From: the human T2T-CHM13v2.0 reference genome, Homo sapiens
Length of the DNA: 64,000 nucleotides
Reading direction: 5' to 3' (one strand)
Assembly: GCF_009914755.1 (NCBI RefSeq)
Contig: NC_060925.1
Position 1 is the first letter of the stretch; every line of letters starts with the position of its first letter. This document shows positions 41,877 through 57,141 of this stretch, piece by piece. Made by a program: the position numbers and the translations under genes. The notes beneath the pieces are model-generated. The model saw nothing but the letters and a program-made list of their open reading frames with translations. It was not told where the DNA came from and did no database searches.

Positions 41877-42289
41877 GGTGAAGTATTGCTCTTTTATGGG
41901 GGTTATGCTATGAAGAAACAGTTTAAAGCAGACATTATGAGCTTATACTATGGTTCATTCAGAACTGAGTTCTAATTACAGGTAAGTTACTTTGGCAAGA
42001 TATTCAAATTATTATCTTTATAATATTATGTTACCACATACCTTATGGTGTTCAAGTAAGAATAGGAATAGATGCTTCATATAAAGTGTTTTATACAGAA
42101 TCTGGAATGAATTATAGAGTGAATATTTGTATTATTACTATTATCATCAGCATTATTATTTTATAAAAGAAACAAAACTAAGGTTTAGCAAGATACCAAA
42201 GTCACTCAGAAAGTAAGTCAAAAGGAAAATACTTGAATTCATATTTGTCTGAAGTCAGTGCATACATTATAACATTGTTCTGTTCTGGA

Positions 42290-42680
42290 TTAATGCTCTT
42301 TAGAGATTAAATAAAATACAAGCCCTTGGAGCTAATGTGTTTGTCAAGGAATGTACTGTAGTAATAAAAAAAAAAAAAGTAATCCCAGTACAGAAATCTA
42401 AGGAAAAACCAAAATTTAGGAGATGATAAGAGGAAAAGAAATACAAAGCAAATTTATAAGTATTAATGAAAAAAATGTATCTATGAGTATCAACAACTGT
42501 ATATAAGGAAATTTAATATCTCCAAAGATAAGGCAGTGTTTTGTCTGGAAGGGAAGTATCATCAGTGTCAAAAGTGACTGAGAGGACAAGTGAAATAAGG
42601 TTTGAGTAATGTCCTTTGGGCTTAAGCAAGGTTATTGCTAATTTTGGAGAAATACTAAAGGATATCAAAAATTGGGAACA
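42290..42680 (-). mobile_element. LINE-2 fragment
   Basis: ATCAGTGTCAAAAGTGACTGAGAGGACAAGTGAAATAAGG...TGTCCTTTGGGCTTAAGCAA resembles reverse L2 ORF2. Confidence 0.5.
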
Positions 42681-43529
42681 AAATGCTTTCCAAATAATAA
42701 TGCAGTACTTGAACCAATACTGTCTATTATTTGATAACAATTTTTGTCAAGTAGCCAATCTTTAATTACAATAGGGAGAAAGCACTTGAAATATGATTAT
42801 TCACATGTCCAAGAGTAAGTTCAACCATTTTATTAACAAAAGCATGAAAATGCTAATGTTTCATTCTTATAAAGCTTCTAATGAAAAACTAAAAATAAAA
42901 TAACAAGACTTCATTCCAGTGATAATGACTGAACCTAGAATGAGACATAGTGATATCACATTTCCAATTCACGTTTCTAGAAATTAATATTACATATTTG
43001 CAGCCCCTTCAGGAATTGAGTGGCTTAATTGACTTTATTATAGTGTATTGTATGTATTCAGAACTTCAGATAACCATTTCACTACATTTAAACACTATTG
43101 TTAAAATACAGAACACTTTAAAAATACCCAGTTATGAAATTAATTTTCTAGGTTATAGACTGGCACTCTTGGATAGTGAGACTATAATTTATATAATGGA
43201 TTTTTACAGCTTTGTTAATCTTGCTTTGTTTTGCTTTGTTGCCTCATCAAAGTTTATTTGCTCTTTACCAGAGGCTATCATCTTCAGTAGAATATATTGA
43301 TTCTTCCTCTCAAGAAATTTAAATTCTGAATGAAATAGTGTTCCTGTTTTACAGTCCTCTGGATGACTGTGTTTCAGATATTTCTGTGGACCAGAGCCTG
43401 GGACTGCTGTTATGAACATCATTCAGTGTAAAATTTTTCAAAAGCTACATGTCTGACTTACTTCTGAATAACTGATTAGATCAATGAAGACTAGCATGAT
43501 ACAGGTGTTAAAAAGTAAATCAAATTGGT

Positions 43530-44115
43530 GTTTTTAAAAAAGCTTTATTTTCAGGACACTCTTAGATTTGTGGAAAAATTGAGATGATGATACAGAGTTT
43601 CCTTATGCCCTATGCCCAGTTACCCCTATTAAAATTGTACATTAGTATGGTACATTTCTTACATATAATTATCTAAAATTGACACATGTTATGAATAAAA
43701 GTGTATATTCTATTAAGATTTATTTAGGTTTTACCCAATGTCCTTTTTCTGTTTCAGGAAGCCTTCCAGTTTACATACTCCATGGAGTCATAATGTCTTT
43801 TTAAGCTCTTTTTGACTGTGACAGTTTCTCTGACTTTCCTTGTTTTTAATAACCATGGCATTTTTGAGAATTAGAAGGTAAAATTTTGAGGTATTCTTTA
43901 GAATGTACTCAATGGTATTTGCCTGATATTTTTCTCATGATTATGCTGAGGTTATGTGGTTTTGAAAAGAAGACCACAGAAATAAAGTGCCATTTCATGA
44001 CATTATATGAAGGGTGCATGCTAACAACATGACCTTCCTGTTGATTTTGACCACGAGGTAGTATTATCAGATATATCCACTGTAAATTTACTCTTTGTCT
44101 CTGCTCTTTTTTATT
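43530..44115 (-). mobile_element. L1MC-type 3' end fragment
   Basis: TTAGATTTGTGGAAAAATTG...TACAGAGTTTCC...GAAGACCACAGAAATAAAGTGCCATTTCA; homologous to 48230-49250. Confidence 0.75.
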
Positions 44116-44121
44116 GCTGTA

Positions 44122-44392
44122 CAGTTGGCCCTTTGTACCATTAGTTCTACATCCATGAATTCAACCAACTGTAGACCAAAACTATCCCCCCAAACCCCAA
44201 AATATAGAATTGTTGCCTCTGTACTGAGCATGTACAGACTGTTTTTCTTTGCCATTTTTCCCTAAACAATACAGTATAACAACTATTTACATAGGCTTTA
44301 CATTGTATGAGGTACTGTAAGTAATCTAGAGAGAATTTAAACTATTCCAGTGAATGTGCTTATGTTATATACAAATAGTATGCCATATTATA
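44122..44392. mobile_element. MER2/Tigger3-type TcMar DNA transposon fragment
   Basis: TA|CAGTTGGCCCT terminus, ATTCAACCAAC, CCCTAAACAATACAGTATAACAACTATTTACATAG, AAGTAATCTAGAGA; the other TIR is absent. Confidence 0.8.
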
Positions 44393-44484
44393 TACAGTTT
44401 GTTTATTCACTCTCCTATTTTATTTTATATTTATTTTTATTTATTTTTGAATGAAATATATTTGGTATTTTAATTAGAGAACAT

Positions 44485-44692
44485 TCTGGTCGTTTTCTAG
44501 AATTGCTATGACAAATTATCATAAACAAACTATAGAAACGTATTGTTTAAAACAATAAAAGTTCACAACAATAGGAATATATTCTCACAATCCTGGAAGC
44601 TAGAAGTCTATAATCAAAGTGTCATCAGGGCCATGCTTACCCCAAAAGCTCTAGGGGACAAGCTGTTCCATGCTTTTCTCTTAGCTTCTGTG
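44485..44692 (-). mobile_element. MLT1 (B/C-like) LTR fragment
   Basis: TCTCACAATCCTGGAAGCTAGAAGTCTATAATCAAAGTGTCATCAGGGCCATGCT...GCTCTAGGGGA. Confidence 0.7.
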
Positions 44693-45572
44693 TCATAAAT
44701 GCAAGAAGAACAGAAAAGCCTAGAATCTTTGAATGGTGATTTTTTTGTGTGTCCAGCTACAATTTTAGAACTACTCTCTAAAATGGTACGTGACCTTAAT
44801 GGAAAGCAGGTTGATATATAGGAAAATAATATTTTACAATGGTAAAATATACTAAAGTATACCACTTCCAGAGAAAATCTATCTTTTCTTGGATTTTTTT
44901 TTTCTTAGCAAGATTTCAATTTGCTGAGTAAAGCGTTCAGAAATGCTTGCTTCAAAACATGCCTACCAACCTATGATTCAAGTGAGGTACCTAATGGGGA
45001 AAGAAAACTACACAAAGACAAGGAAAGTAAACCACAGCTGGCTATAATTTAAAAAAATATATTTTTCACATGTAAATATACATTAGTTGTATTTATGGGA
45101 AGAAAGGAGATTTTAAATGTCTAATTTGATTTCTAAGTAGTTTCAAGAACATACTGTATTTAGGAAATCATAACAAGCATCTGTCAAAAGTAGTCAGAAA
45201 ACCATCAATAAATTTAAGTATGCATACTACAAAATAACATTTCAATGGATATGTTAAATAATGTAATGTATGGTTAAATGCAAACTTTGATTATTTTGAT
45301 AATGCAATCATACTTATCTGCCTCCAAATAAAATAAAAACATAAATGAACCATATGAAACAAAGAAGTAAAGATATACAGAAATCCTTATTTCATGATCT
45401 AGAAATTTCTGAGGGAGAAAGAAAAAGTGAAAAGAAATTATCAAAAAATGGAGGATATATTCATTAATATAAAGGATTTATGCAAGTGAAGTTTTGGACT
45501 TAAAAGAGCCTATGGGTGCCAAGAAAGACTATTTGTTTAAAATTTTACATTTTTAATAGACAGAATAATGAC

Positions 45573-45764
45573 ATGTGAGTTGCTTCTAGAAGTTGGAAAA
45601 CAAGAAAAGAAATTCCTCCCTGGAGCCTCCAAAAAGAAGTGCAGTCCTTATTTAACCCCAGTGGGACTTGAGTCCAACTTCTAAATCTATAAAATTTTTA
45701 GGTAATTATTGTTTTTATTGTTAGGCCAAAAAGTTTGTGATAATGTCTTACAGAAACTAACACA
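45573..45764 (+). mobile_element. MLT1 (D-like) LTR 3' fragment
   Basis: CTAGAAGTTGGAAAACAAG...CTCCCTGGAGCCTCCAAAAAG...AGTTTGTGATAAT...GAAACTAACACA. Confidence 0.7.
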
Positions 45765-45775
45765 CCATGTCTAGA

Positions 45776-45912
45776 ATATATATATATATACACATATATT
45801 ATAGATATCTCTATATATACCATAGATATCTATATATACACTATATCTATCTATCTATATGTATCTTGTATATATATATATATATATATATATACAAGAT
45901 TTATATATATCT

Positions 45913-45956
<44 letters not shown>

Positions 45957-45974
45957 AGATTTATATATATCTTG
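45776..45974. repeat. (TA)n microsatellite complex with palindromic ATCTTG(TA)nCAAGAT units
   Basis: Perfect palindromes at 45863-45900 and 45909-45960. Confidence 0.95.
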
Positions 45975-48229
45975 ATGAAACCCAGAAGGTCATTGTTAAA
46001 GAGAAAATTTTTAAAGATTCCAGACTTGAGAAAAGAAGTCAAAGGCTAAATTTCAGAATTCTCACTATCAACACAAAATGGTTGCTGAAAGAAAACATTC
46101 TTTGTTCTTTATACAAAGAACTTTTATACAAAGTTCTTTATATATAAATTCCTCTTTGTATATAAAATACCAAGTAAAAGAATTTTACATACAAATTGAT
46201 TTTTAATTAAGTGAGATAGAGTAACAAGAGAAAATTTGGATGTGGAAGATTTGCAAATTCATAGCACCAATAATAATCATTATTTTTATATCCAGTTGCA
46301 TGAAAAAAAGTTTTACCAAAGTAAGAATAGAAATTTCTAAAATTAACAAAGTTTATCTGCCTAAGCTCAATAATAAATACGTATTTAGTGGCTCCCCATT
46401 TAACATCCTATTGAAACACACACACACAAATCCAGAAGATTCATTTGTTTCTCCTTTTAGGTTACTTATTAAAAAGTAGACTCACCAGGTCTGATTTAGC
46501 TCAACTAAATAGCAGGCTAATGCTAGTGTCAGATCTGTGAAGGGTTTCCCCTTTTTGGAAGCAATTTCCTCAATGAGGAAGTTCCCATCTTTTTGTTTTT
46601 TTTCCCTCCATACATAACTAGCTGTTTCTCTGCTTCCTGTCTCTATAAATATGTGTAACATCATGGGAACAGAATCCCTCTCTGGGAGCCCGATGCACGG
46701 CAAGTCCGGGACAACTACATCCATCTCAAGCACATTGCTTTACCAGTCCTTGAGTTGTAGGCTCAGGGCACCAGTTTCACTTGTTGTCTTTTATTGTATG
46801 CTTTTAAAGGCTACAGACTTCTTTCATGTACTGTTTTACTTGCATTTCACACAATTAACATGCAACACACTAGCCTAAAATTTACTTATTCGGTATTAGT
46901 GGAACAATTACATGAAAATTACAACATTTTGAAAATATAAAAATAATAAAAATTTGATTATTATGAATATTACAACATAATATTTAATTCTCAATTTTTT
47001 GACCAACGAGAAGGCCTTATTTATATTATGTTTGTGGAGTATTTATAGAAATTGATATTCTGAGCACTATAGTAAGTGTCAATGTATTTCATGAGATAAA
47101 AACCATATATTGTATGTTCTCTGATAATAATGAATAAAACCAAAACTAGAAAGAATGTATTTTTGGAAGTTTCAAAATACACTTCTAATTAACCCTGTGT
47201 CAAACAGTAAATCAAATCATAGCATAAACTATTGAACATTTAACTGAGTAATATTAAAAAATAAAGTTGAAGAGTGCTGATTGTTTTTAAATGTTCTTTA
47301 TTATACATAGTTCAAATATATTAATAGCAACTAGAAAATAGCAAAAAAAAAGACACAAAAACTGAATTGTCAGAAGCATCAAAGTTCAAAAGGCTTGCAT
47401 TATCCACATCATGCATAGGTATGGTAGCATATGAAAACAATAATGGAAAGAAACAAATCAGTGTTCTTATTATATTATACAATTTCCAATTAAATAAACT
47501 GCAAAACTAGAATTGCAATTCAGAGAGTACTTGCCATTTTGCTCATGCAGCACACCTTGCAGTCAACAAGTTGTTTATCTTCCATGTAAATTGCTTTCCT
47601 GAGTGCTCTAACAGCATATATTAAAAATAAACAAAAACATAAACAGAAACCCCAATAAGCATAACTTAAAACAGTAGAAACTCAGATTGAAATATTTTCT
47701 GCAATTGCTTTCAGTCTAGCTCACATAAAATGCTCTTTAACTCTATTTTATTGCACTTTGAAATGTGCTGCAGTGTAACTATTAAAGGAACTTCATAATA
47801 GATATTGAATTGAATAATATTAGAAATGCTGATTCAACAGTCCTTGTCATTTGTGACATTTTATTAGGTTCTAGAAGATTTTAAAAATTGGGCATTAGTC
47901 AACAGACCTCTAGTTGTAAAATACTCATTGACTTACGTGTTCATTATGTGCAAAATATGTTTAAACTGCTTGGTAAGTGAAGGTTCACTAAGATTATTGA
48001 ATCAATCCTATTTAAAATAACCCCCATTAAAAGATTAAGCTAGTGTAAGAATACATTTTCAGTGTAAAAAAAAGTGCTTTGAGAGAATGAAATGTTTCAA
48101 CATGAGTATAATAACTGTTGAATATCTAAAAGCTGAAAGGTCAAGGAAATTCATGTTTAAAATTAAAGAAGTATGAGCATATTGCCAGAGAAGATGTTAT
48201 TTGAAGATTTCATTTAAAATACATACTTC

Positions 48230-51470
<3,241 letters not shown>

Positions 51471-51477
51471 TATAATC

Positions 51478-53731
51478 ATCACACTGTTTTCCATAGTGGT
51501 TGTACTAGTTTACATTCCCACCAGCAGTGTAGAAGTGTTCATTGCATTCCTACCGACATCTACTATTTTTTTTTATTTTTTGATTATGGGCATTCTTGTA
51601 GAAGTAAAGTGGTATCGCATTGTACTTTTGATTTACGTTTCCCTGTTCATTAGTGATGCTGAGCATTTTTCTATATGTCCATTGGCCATTTGTATATCTT
51701 CTTTTTGAGAATTGTCTATTCATATTCTTAGCCCACTTTTTGATGGGATTGTTTGTTTTTTTCTTATGGATTTGTTCGAGTTCATTGTAGATTCTGGATA
51801 TTAGCCCTTCGTCAGATGTATAGATTGTGAAAATTTTCTCCCACTCTGTGGGTTGTCTGTTTACTCTGCTGAGTGTTCCTTTTGCTATGCAAAAGCTCTT
51901 TAGTTTAATTAAGTCTCAACTATTAATTTTTGTTTATATTCCATTTGCTTTCAGTTTCTTGGTCATGAAATCCTTGCCTAAACCAATGTCTAGAAGGGTT
52001 TTGCCAATGTTATCTTCTAGAATTTTTATAGTTTCAGTCTTAGATTTAAGTCCTTAATTCATCTTCAGTTGATTTTTGTGTAGGGTGAAAGATGAGGATC
52101 CAATTTTATTCTCATACATGTGAATAGCCAATTATCTCAGCAACATTTGTTGAAAAGAGTGTCGTTTCCTCCACTTTATGTTTGTGTTTGCTTTGTCGAA
52201 GATCAGGTGGCTGTAAGTAGTTGGGTTAATTTCCAGGTTCTCTATTCTGTTCCATTGGTCTGTGTGCCTATTTTTATAGCAGTAGCATGCTGTTTTGGTG
52301 ACTATGGCCTTGTAGTATAGTTTGAAATTAGGAAGTGTGATGCCTACAGATTTACTCTTTTTGCATAGTCTTGCTATGGTTATGTGGGGTCTTCTTTGGT
52401 TCCATATGAATATTAGAATTGTTCTTTTCTAATTTTGTGAAGAATGATGATGGTATTTTGATGGGGATTGTGTTGAATGTAGAGTGCTTTTGGCAGTATG
52501 GCCATTTTCACAATATTGATTCTACCTATCAAGAGCACGGAATGTGTTTTCATTTGTTTAGGTCACCTATTATTTCTTTCAGCAGTGTTTTGTAATTTTC
52601 CTTGTAGATGGCTCTCACCTACTTGGTTAGGTATATTCCTAGGTATTTTATTATTTTGCAGCTATTGTAAAAGGGCTTGAGTTCTTGATTTGATTATCTG
52701 TTGGTCGCTGTTGGTGTATAGAAAAGCTACTGCTTTGTGTACATTAATCTTGTATATGGAAAATTTGCTGAATTTTTTTTTAATCAGTTCTAGGAGCTTT
52801 CTGGAGGAGTCTAGGATTTTCAAGGTAAAAGACCATATTGTCAACAAATGGTGAGGGTTTGACTTGCTGTTTACCAATTTGGATGCCCTTTATTTCTTTC
52901 TCTTGTCTGATTGCTCTGGCTAGGACTTCTAGTACTGTGTTGAAGAGGAGTGGTGAGAGTGAGCATCCTTATCTTGTTCCATTTCTCAGAGGGAATGCTT
53001 TCAACTTTTACCCATTCAATATTATGTTGGCTGTGGGTTTGTCGTAGATGCCTTTTTTACCTTGAGGTATGTCCTTTATGTGCCCTTTTTGCTGAGAGTT
53101 TTAATCATAAAGGGATGTTGGATGTTGTCAAATGCTTTTTCTGCATCTGTTGAGATGATCATGTGATTTTTGTTTTTAATTTTGTTTATGTGGTTTATCA
53201 ATTTTACTGACTTGCATATGTTAAACCATCCCTGCATCCCTGGCATAAAACCCACTTGATCATGGTGGATTATCTTTCTGATATGTTGTTGGATTTGGTT
53301 AGCTAGTATGTAGTTAAGGATTTTAGCATCTATGTTCATCAGGAATATTGGTCCATAGTTTTCTTTTCTGGTTATGTCCTTTCCTGATTTTGGTGGTAGG
53401 GTGATACTGGCTTCATAGAATGAATTAGGGAGGGTTGTCTATTTCTCTATCTTGTAGAATAGTGTCAAAGAATTGCTACCAATTCTTTGTTGAATGTCCT
53501 GCAGAATTCTGCTGTGAAGCCATCTGGTCCTGGACGTTTTTTTGTTGGTAATTTTAAAATTATCATTTCAATCTCACTGCTTGTTATTGATCTGTTCAGA
53601 GTATCTAGAAGGATTGTATTTTTTTCAGGAATTTATCCATTTCTTCGAGGCTTTCTAGTTTATGTACATAAAGGTTTTCATAGTAGGCTTGAATTATCTT
53701 TTGTATTTCAGTGGTGCATCAGTTGTAATAT
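51478..53731 (-). mobile_element. L1PB-type LINE-1, 3' part of ORF2 (3'UTR and poly-A missing)
   Basis: RT remnant [43 protein letters not shown]...[18 protein letters not shown] (53076-53339). Continuous with 60452 across the ERV TSD. Confidence 0.92.
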
Positions 53732-54609
53732 TGTGTTTGGAATTTGTTCCTTCTGGTGGGTTCTTGGTCTAACTGACTTCAAGAATGAGGCCATGGACTC
53801 TAGCGGTGAGTGTTACAGTTCTTAAAGATAGTGAATTTATTCCTTCAGATGTTCAGATGTGTCTGAAGTTTCTTCCTTCCAGTGGGTTTGTGGTCTCACT
53901 GACTTCGGGAGTGAAGCCACAGACCTTTGCAGTGAGTGTTACAGCTCTTAAAGGTGGCATGTCCAGAGTTGTTCATTCCTCCCAGTGGGTTCATGGTCTT
54001 GCTGACTTCAAGAATGAAGCCGCAGGTCCTCGCAGTGAGTGTTACAGCTCATACAGGTAGTGCAGACCCAAAGAGTGAGCAGTAGCAAGATTTATTATGA
54101 AGAGCGAAAGAACAAAGCTTCCACAGTGTGGAAGGGGACCCGAGCAGGTTGCTGCTGCTGGCGCAGGTGGCCAGCTTTTATTCCCTTATTTGGCCCCACC
54201 CTCGTCCTGCTGATTGGTTCATTTTACAGAGTGCTGATTGGTCCATTTCACAGAGTGCTGATTGGTCCGTTTTTACAGAGTGCTGATTGGTGCGTTTACA
54301 AACCTTTAGCTAGACACAGAGCGTTGATTTTTCCATTTTACAGAGTGCTGATTGGTGCGTTTACAATCCTTTAGTTAGACGCAGAGCACCGATTAGTGCA
54401 TTTTTACAGAGTGCTGATTGGTGCATTTACAAACCTTTAGCTAGACACAGAGCACTGATTGGTATGTTTTTACAGAGTGCTGATTGGTGCATTTACAAGC
54501 CTTTAGCTAGACACAGAGCACTGACTGGTGCATTTACAATCCTCTAGCTAGACAGAAAAGTTCTCAAAGTCCCCACTTGATCCAGAAGCCCAGCTGGCTT
54601 CACCTCTCA
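53732..54609 (-). promoter_or_regulatory. 3' LTR12 (878 bp)
   Basis: U3 tandem CCAAT units at 54205-54540, AATAAAA TATA-like box at 54176-54182, poly(A) signal at 54091-54096, repeated U5 units. Confidence 0.93.
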
Positions 54610-54622
54610 ATCCCCCCTCTAA
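54610..54622 (-). other. Polypurine tract
   Basis: Minus strand TTAGAGGGGGGAT lies immediately before the TG of the 3' LTR. Confidence 0.85.
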
Positions 54623-55510
54623 ACAGGACACCTCAATTGCTGTTGGGGATTGGGCGATGACCACTCTAGCTACTTCCTGCTGGATGGGACAAAGAAGGGG
54701 CCCTGTAGTTTTAGTGTCTTCCAGAGGGCAACTCTTTAGGCCAGTGAAAGGGCCAGTGGGTTGGTCCAGGGGTCCTTGGTAGAAGTTGTTAGTTGAGCTC
54801 ATTTGGGGTTCCATTTGTAAGACCATCTGTAGCTTGATGGCCTCAATCCTAGAGGAAACAAATTTGACAAGGAGGTTAAAAATACAGGAACCAAAGGTGA
54901 GTAATAGCAAGAGGGCTGCCACGGGACCTAGAAAGGGGAGAAGCCATGTTGCCCAACTCCAGAAGTTGGTATAAGAGTTTGAAAGGCACTGTCTGATTTC
55001 AGAAGCCTTTACCTATAAATGCCAGGTGGCATCTCATACTCTCCCTGATTGGTTAGTGTAAAAACAACACTCTTCCCCTAAAAAGGTGCAGAATCCTCCT
55101 TTCTCAGCAATGAGGAGGTCTAGGCCTCAGTGGTTTTGGAAAGTCACTGTTGCCAAAGAGTCTATTTGGGATTGTAGAGTAAGGATAGATTTCGTTATTT
55201 CTTGCAAACTATCTGAGAAATCCTTTGAGAGTGTGTGGTAGTAGGATAATGAAGTAGATAAACCTGCTTTTCCAGTTCCTGTAGCAGTGGCCATTTCTAA
55301 CCATATAAGTAGGGGTATTAGTTGTATGGCCCTGCGCTGATGGGCTTGAGCTTTGAGGGGCACTGACAGGGCCTGATTTCCTAGGGCAATGTTAATGTTG
55401 GGATTTAGAAAGAATAAGGTGCAGGTGCCTGTCTAGTTAGTGGGGAGGCAGATATAGGTTGATGTTCCACATAAGAAGAATATGCCTTGGCTGGGTAGAC
55501 ATTTAGAAAT
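54623..55510 (-). pseudogene. env: HERV9 env remnant (end of SU plus TM)
   Basis: HQRR|AIQLIPLL cleavage site and fusion peptide. The immunosuppressive domain is broken by a stop (FQNH*GLDLL), followed by [11 protein letters not shown] and the TM/tail IFNLLVKFVSSRIEAIKLQM (HERV-W/ERV9 type). Confidence 0.9.
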
Positions 55511-55555
55511 TTACCGTGACTTTTAAAGGAATAGTGTACACTGCTTTTTCTTTAC

Positions 55556-55840
55556 TACTTCTCTCTCTTTCTCTCTCTGACTCCCTCTTTGTCTCTTTCT
55601 CTTCTCTCTCTCTTTCTGACTTTCTGTCTCTTTCTCTCGGACTTCTTCTTTGTCTGTCTCTCTCTTTCTCTCTGACTCCCTCTTTGTCTCTTCCTCTCTT
55701 TCCTTCTTTGACTTTCTGTCACTTTGTCTCTTCCTCTTTCTGTCTCCTTCTCTTTGTCTCTCTGTTTCTTCCTCTCTCTCTCTCTCTCTCTCTTTCTCTT
55801 TCTGTCTCTTTCTCTCCTTCCTTTCTGCTGGTCTTTCCCT
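55556..55840. repeat. CT-rich (GA-rich on the viral strand) low-complexity tract inside the provirus
   Basis: About 285 bp of CTCT/CTTT/GTCT units between RNase H and env. Confidence 0.9.
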
Positions 55841-55859
55841 GCCTCTGCCAGCCGCTTAT

Positions 55860-56730
55860 GCTTCTGTTATCCCCCTCCTTCCCCTTTGTGATGGCTTCGG
55901 CAGTGTAAGACTGCCACCTCCTTGGTATTTTGCACTGCATGCAATAACTCCATGATTTCCTTGTGGTATTTAATGGGGGTTCCCCCAGAGGTTAGGAACT
56001 CCCTTTCTTTCCAAATTGCAGCATGTGCATGTGGGATTAGAAAAGCATACTTGCTATCTGTATACATATTTATTCTTTTTCCCTTTCCCAGTTCTAAGTC
56101 TTGGGTAAGTGCCACTAGTTCTGCTAACTGGGCACTGGTCCCTGGGGGAAGAGGCTTACTTTCAAGTACTGTTACTATGGCATAACCTGCCTTTCATATC
56201 CCATTCTCCACAAATGAACTTTCATTGGTATATAGGTTAAGGTCAGGATTAACTAAGGGGACTTCTAAGAGATCCTCTTGGGTGGCATAAGTCTGGACTA
56301 TAATTTGTTGGCAGTTATGCTGAATTGGTTCCCCATCCTCTGGAAGAAAAGTGGCAGGGTTGAGGGTCACACACGTGCATATTTGAAGCACTGGTCCCTC
56401 AAGGAGTAGTGCCTGGTATCTAAGCAGACAGTTGTCTGATAGCCAAACTTCCTTTGGCACCTAGTATGTCATTTACATCATGAGTAGTTCAGACAGTGAG
56501 ATCCTTTCCTTGTATTATTTTGATAGCCTCTGAAAGTAAGATGGACACCGCCACAACTACCTGTAAACAGTGAGGCCAGCCTTTTGCTACTACATCAATT
56601 TCCTTACTTAGGTATGCCACTGGTTGTGGGGTTGTCCAGTGAGTCTGAGTAAGGACTCCAAGAGTATCCCTGCTCTCTCTGTGATGTATAAAGGGAAGTT
56701 TTGTCCTGGGGGAAGGCTTAAGGCTGGAGA
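55860..56730 (-). pseudogene. pol: HERV9 pol remnant (connection domain and RNase H)
   Basis: PQPVAYLSKEIDVVAKGWPHCL, WLSDN.LLRYQALLLE, LNPATFLP, INMYTDSKYAF..HAHAAIWKER.FLTSGGTPIK. No RT YxDD region and no integrase. Confidence 0.9.
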
Positions 56731-57141
56731 TTGAGTTTGTTCCTTACAATGCCCAGACTTCAGGGTTGATTCCCTCCTCAAGCAGGGGACAACCAGTGGG
56801 TAACTTGTTCCCCATATTCATGTAGATAATAACTTCAGCTTTGGATAATATATCCCTCCCTAATAAGGGTGTGGGACTTTCAGGCACAACAAGAAAGGCA
56901 TGTGAAAAGAGAAAACTCTCCCAACTACAACTGAGGATGTGGGAGAAATACCTGGTTACAGGCCATCCCAGGATTCCTCAGATGGTAACGGACCTTGAGG
57001 ACAGCTGTCCAGGACAGGAGATTAACACTGAGAAAGCTGCACTAGTGTCCAGGAGGAAGTCAACTTCCTGGCCCTCAATGGTTAAACATACCTGGGGCTC
57101 AGTGAGGTTGATGACATGAGCTGCTGCTTGCCCCAGGCACC
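56731..57141 (-). pseudogene. pro: HERV9 protease remnant
   Basis: LTIEGQEVDFLLDTSAAFSVL (catalytic DTG changed to DTS), an internal stop, then PESPTPLLGRDILSK and INPEVWA. Confidence 0.85.

Noticed and set aside
44485-45764. Two MLT1 fragments as paired LTRs of one element
   Set aside because: They are on opposite strands and look like different subfamilies.
45767-46147. 126-aa Ile/Tyr-rich ORF (similar ones at 7486-7674 and 35299-35613)
   Set aside because: Translation of (TA)n tracts and Alu sequence.
53785-54374. Near-identical plus-strand ORFs here and at 59674-60393 suggesting a duplicated gene
   Set aside because: These are antisense frames through the two LTR copies.
54205-54540. 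CRISPR-like array of ACAGAGTGCTGATTGG repeats
   Set aside because: The intervening sequences are themselves repeated, there are no cas genes, and the DNA is eukaryotic. This is the known LTR12 U3 enhancer array.
54548-55363. Syncytin-like domesticated envelope
   Set aside because: No signal peptide, most of SU is deleted, there is a stop in the immunosuppressive domain, and the furin site reads HQRR; only fragments are open.
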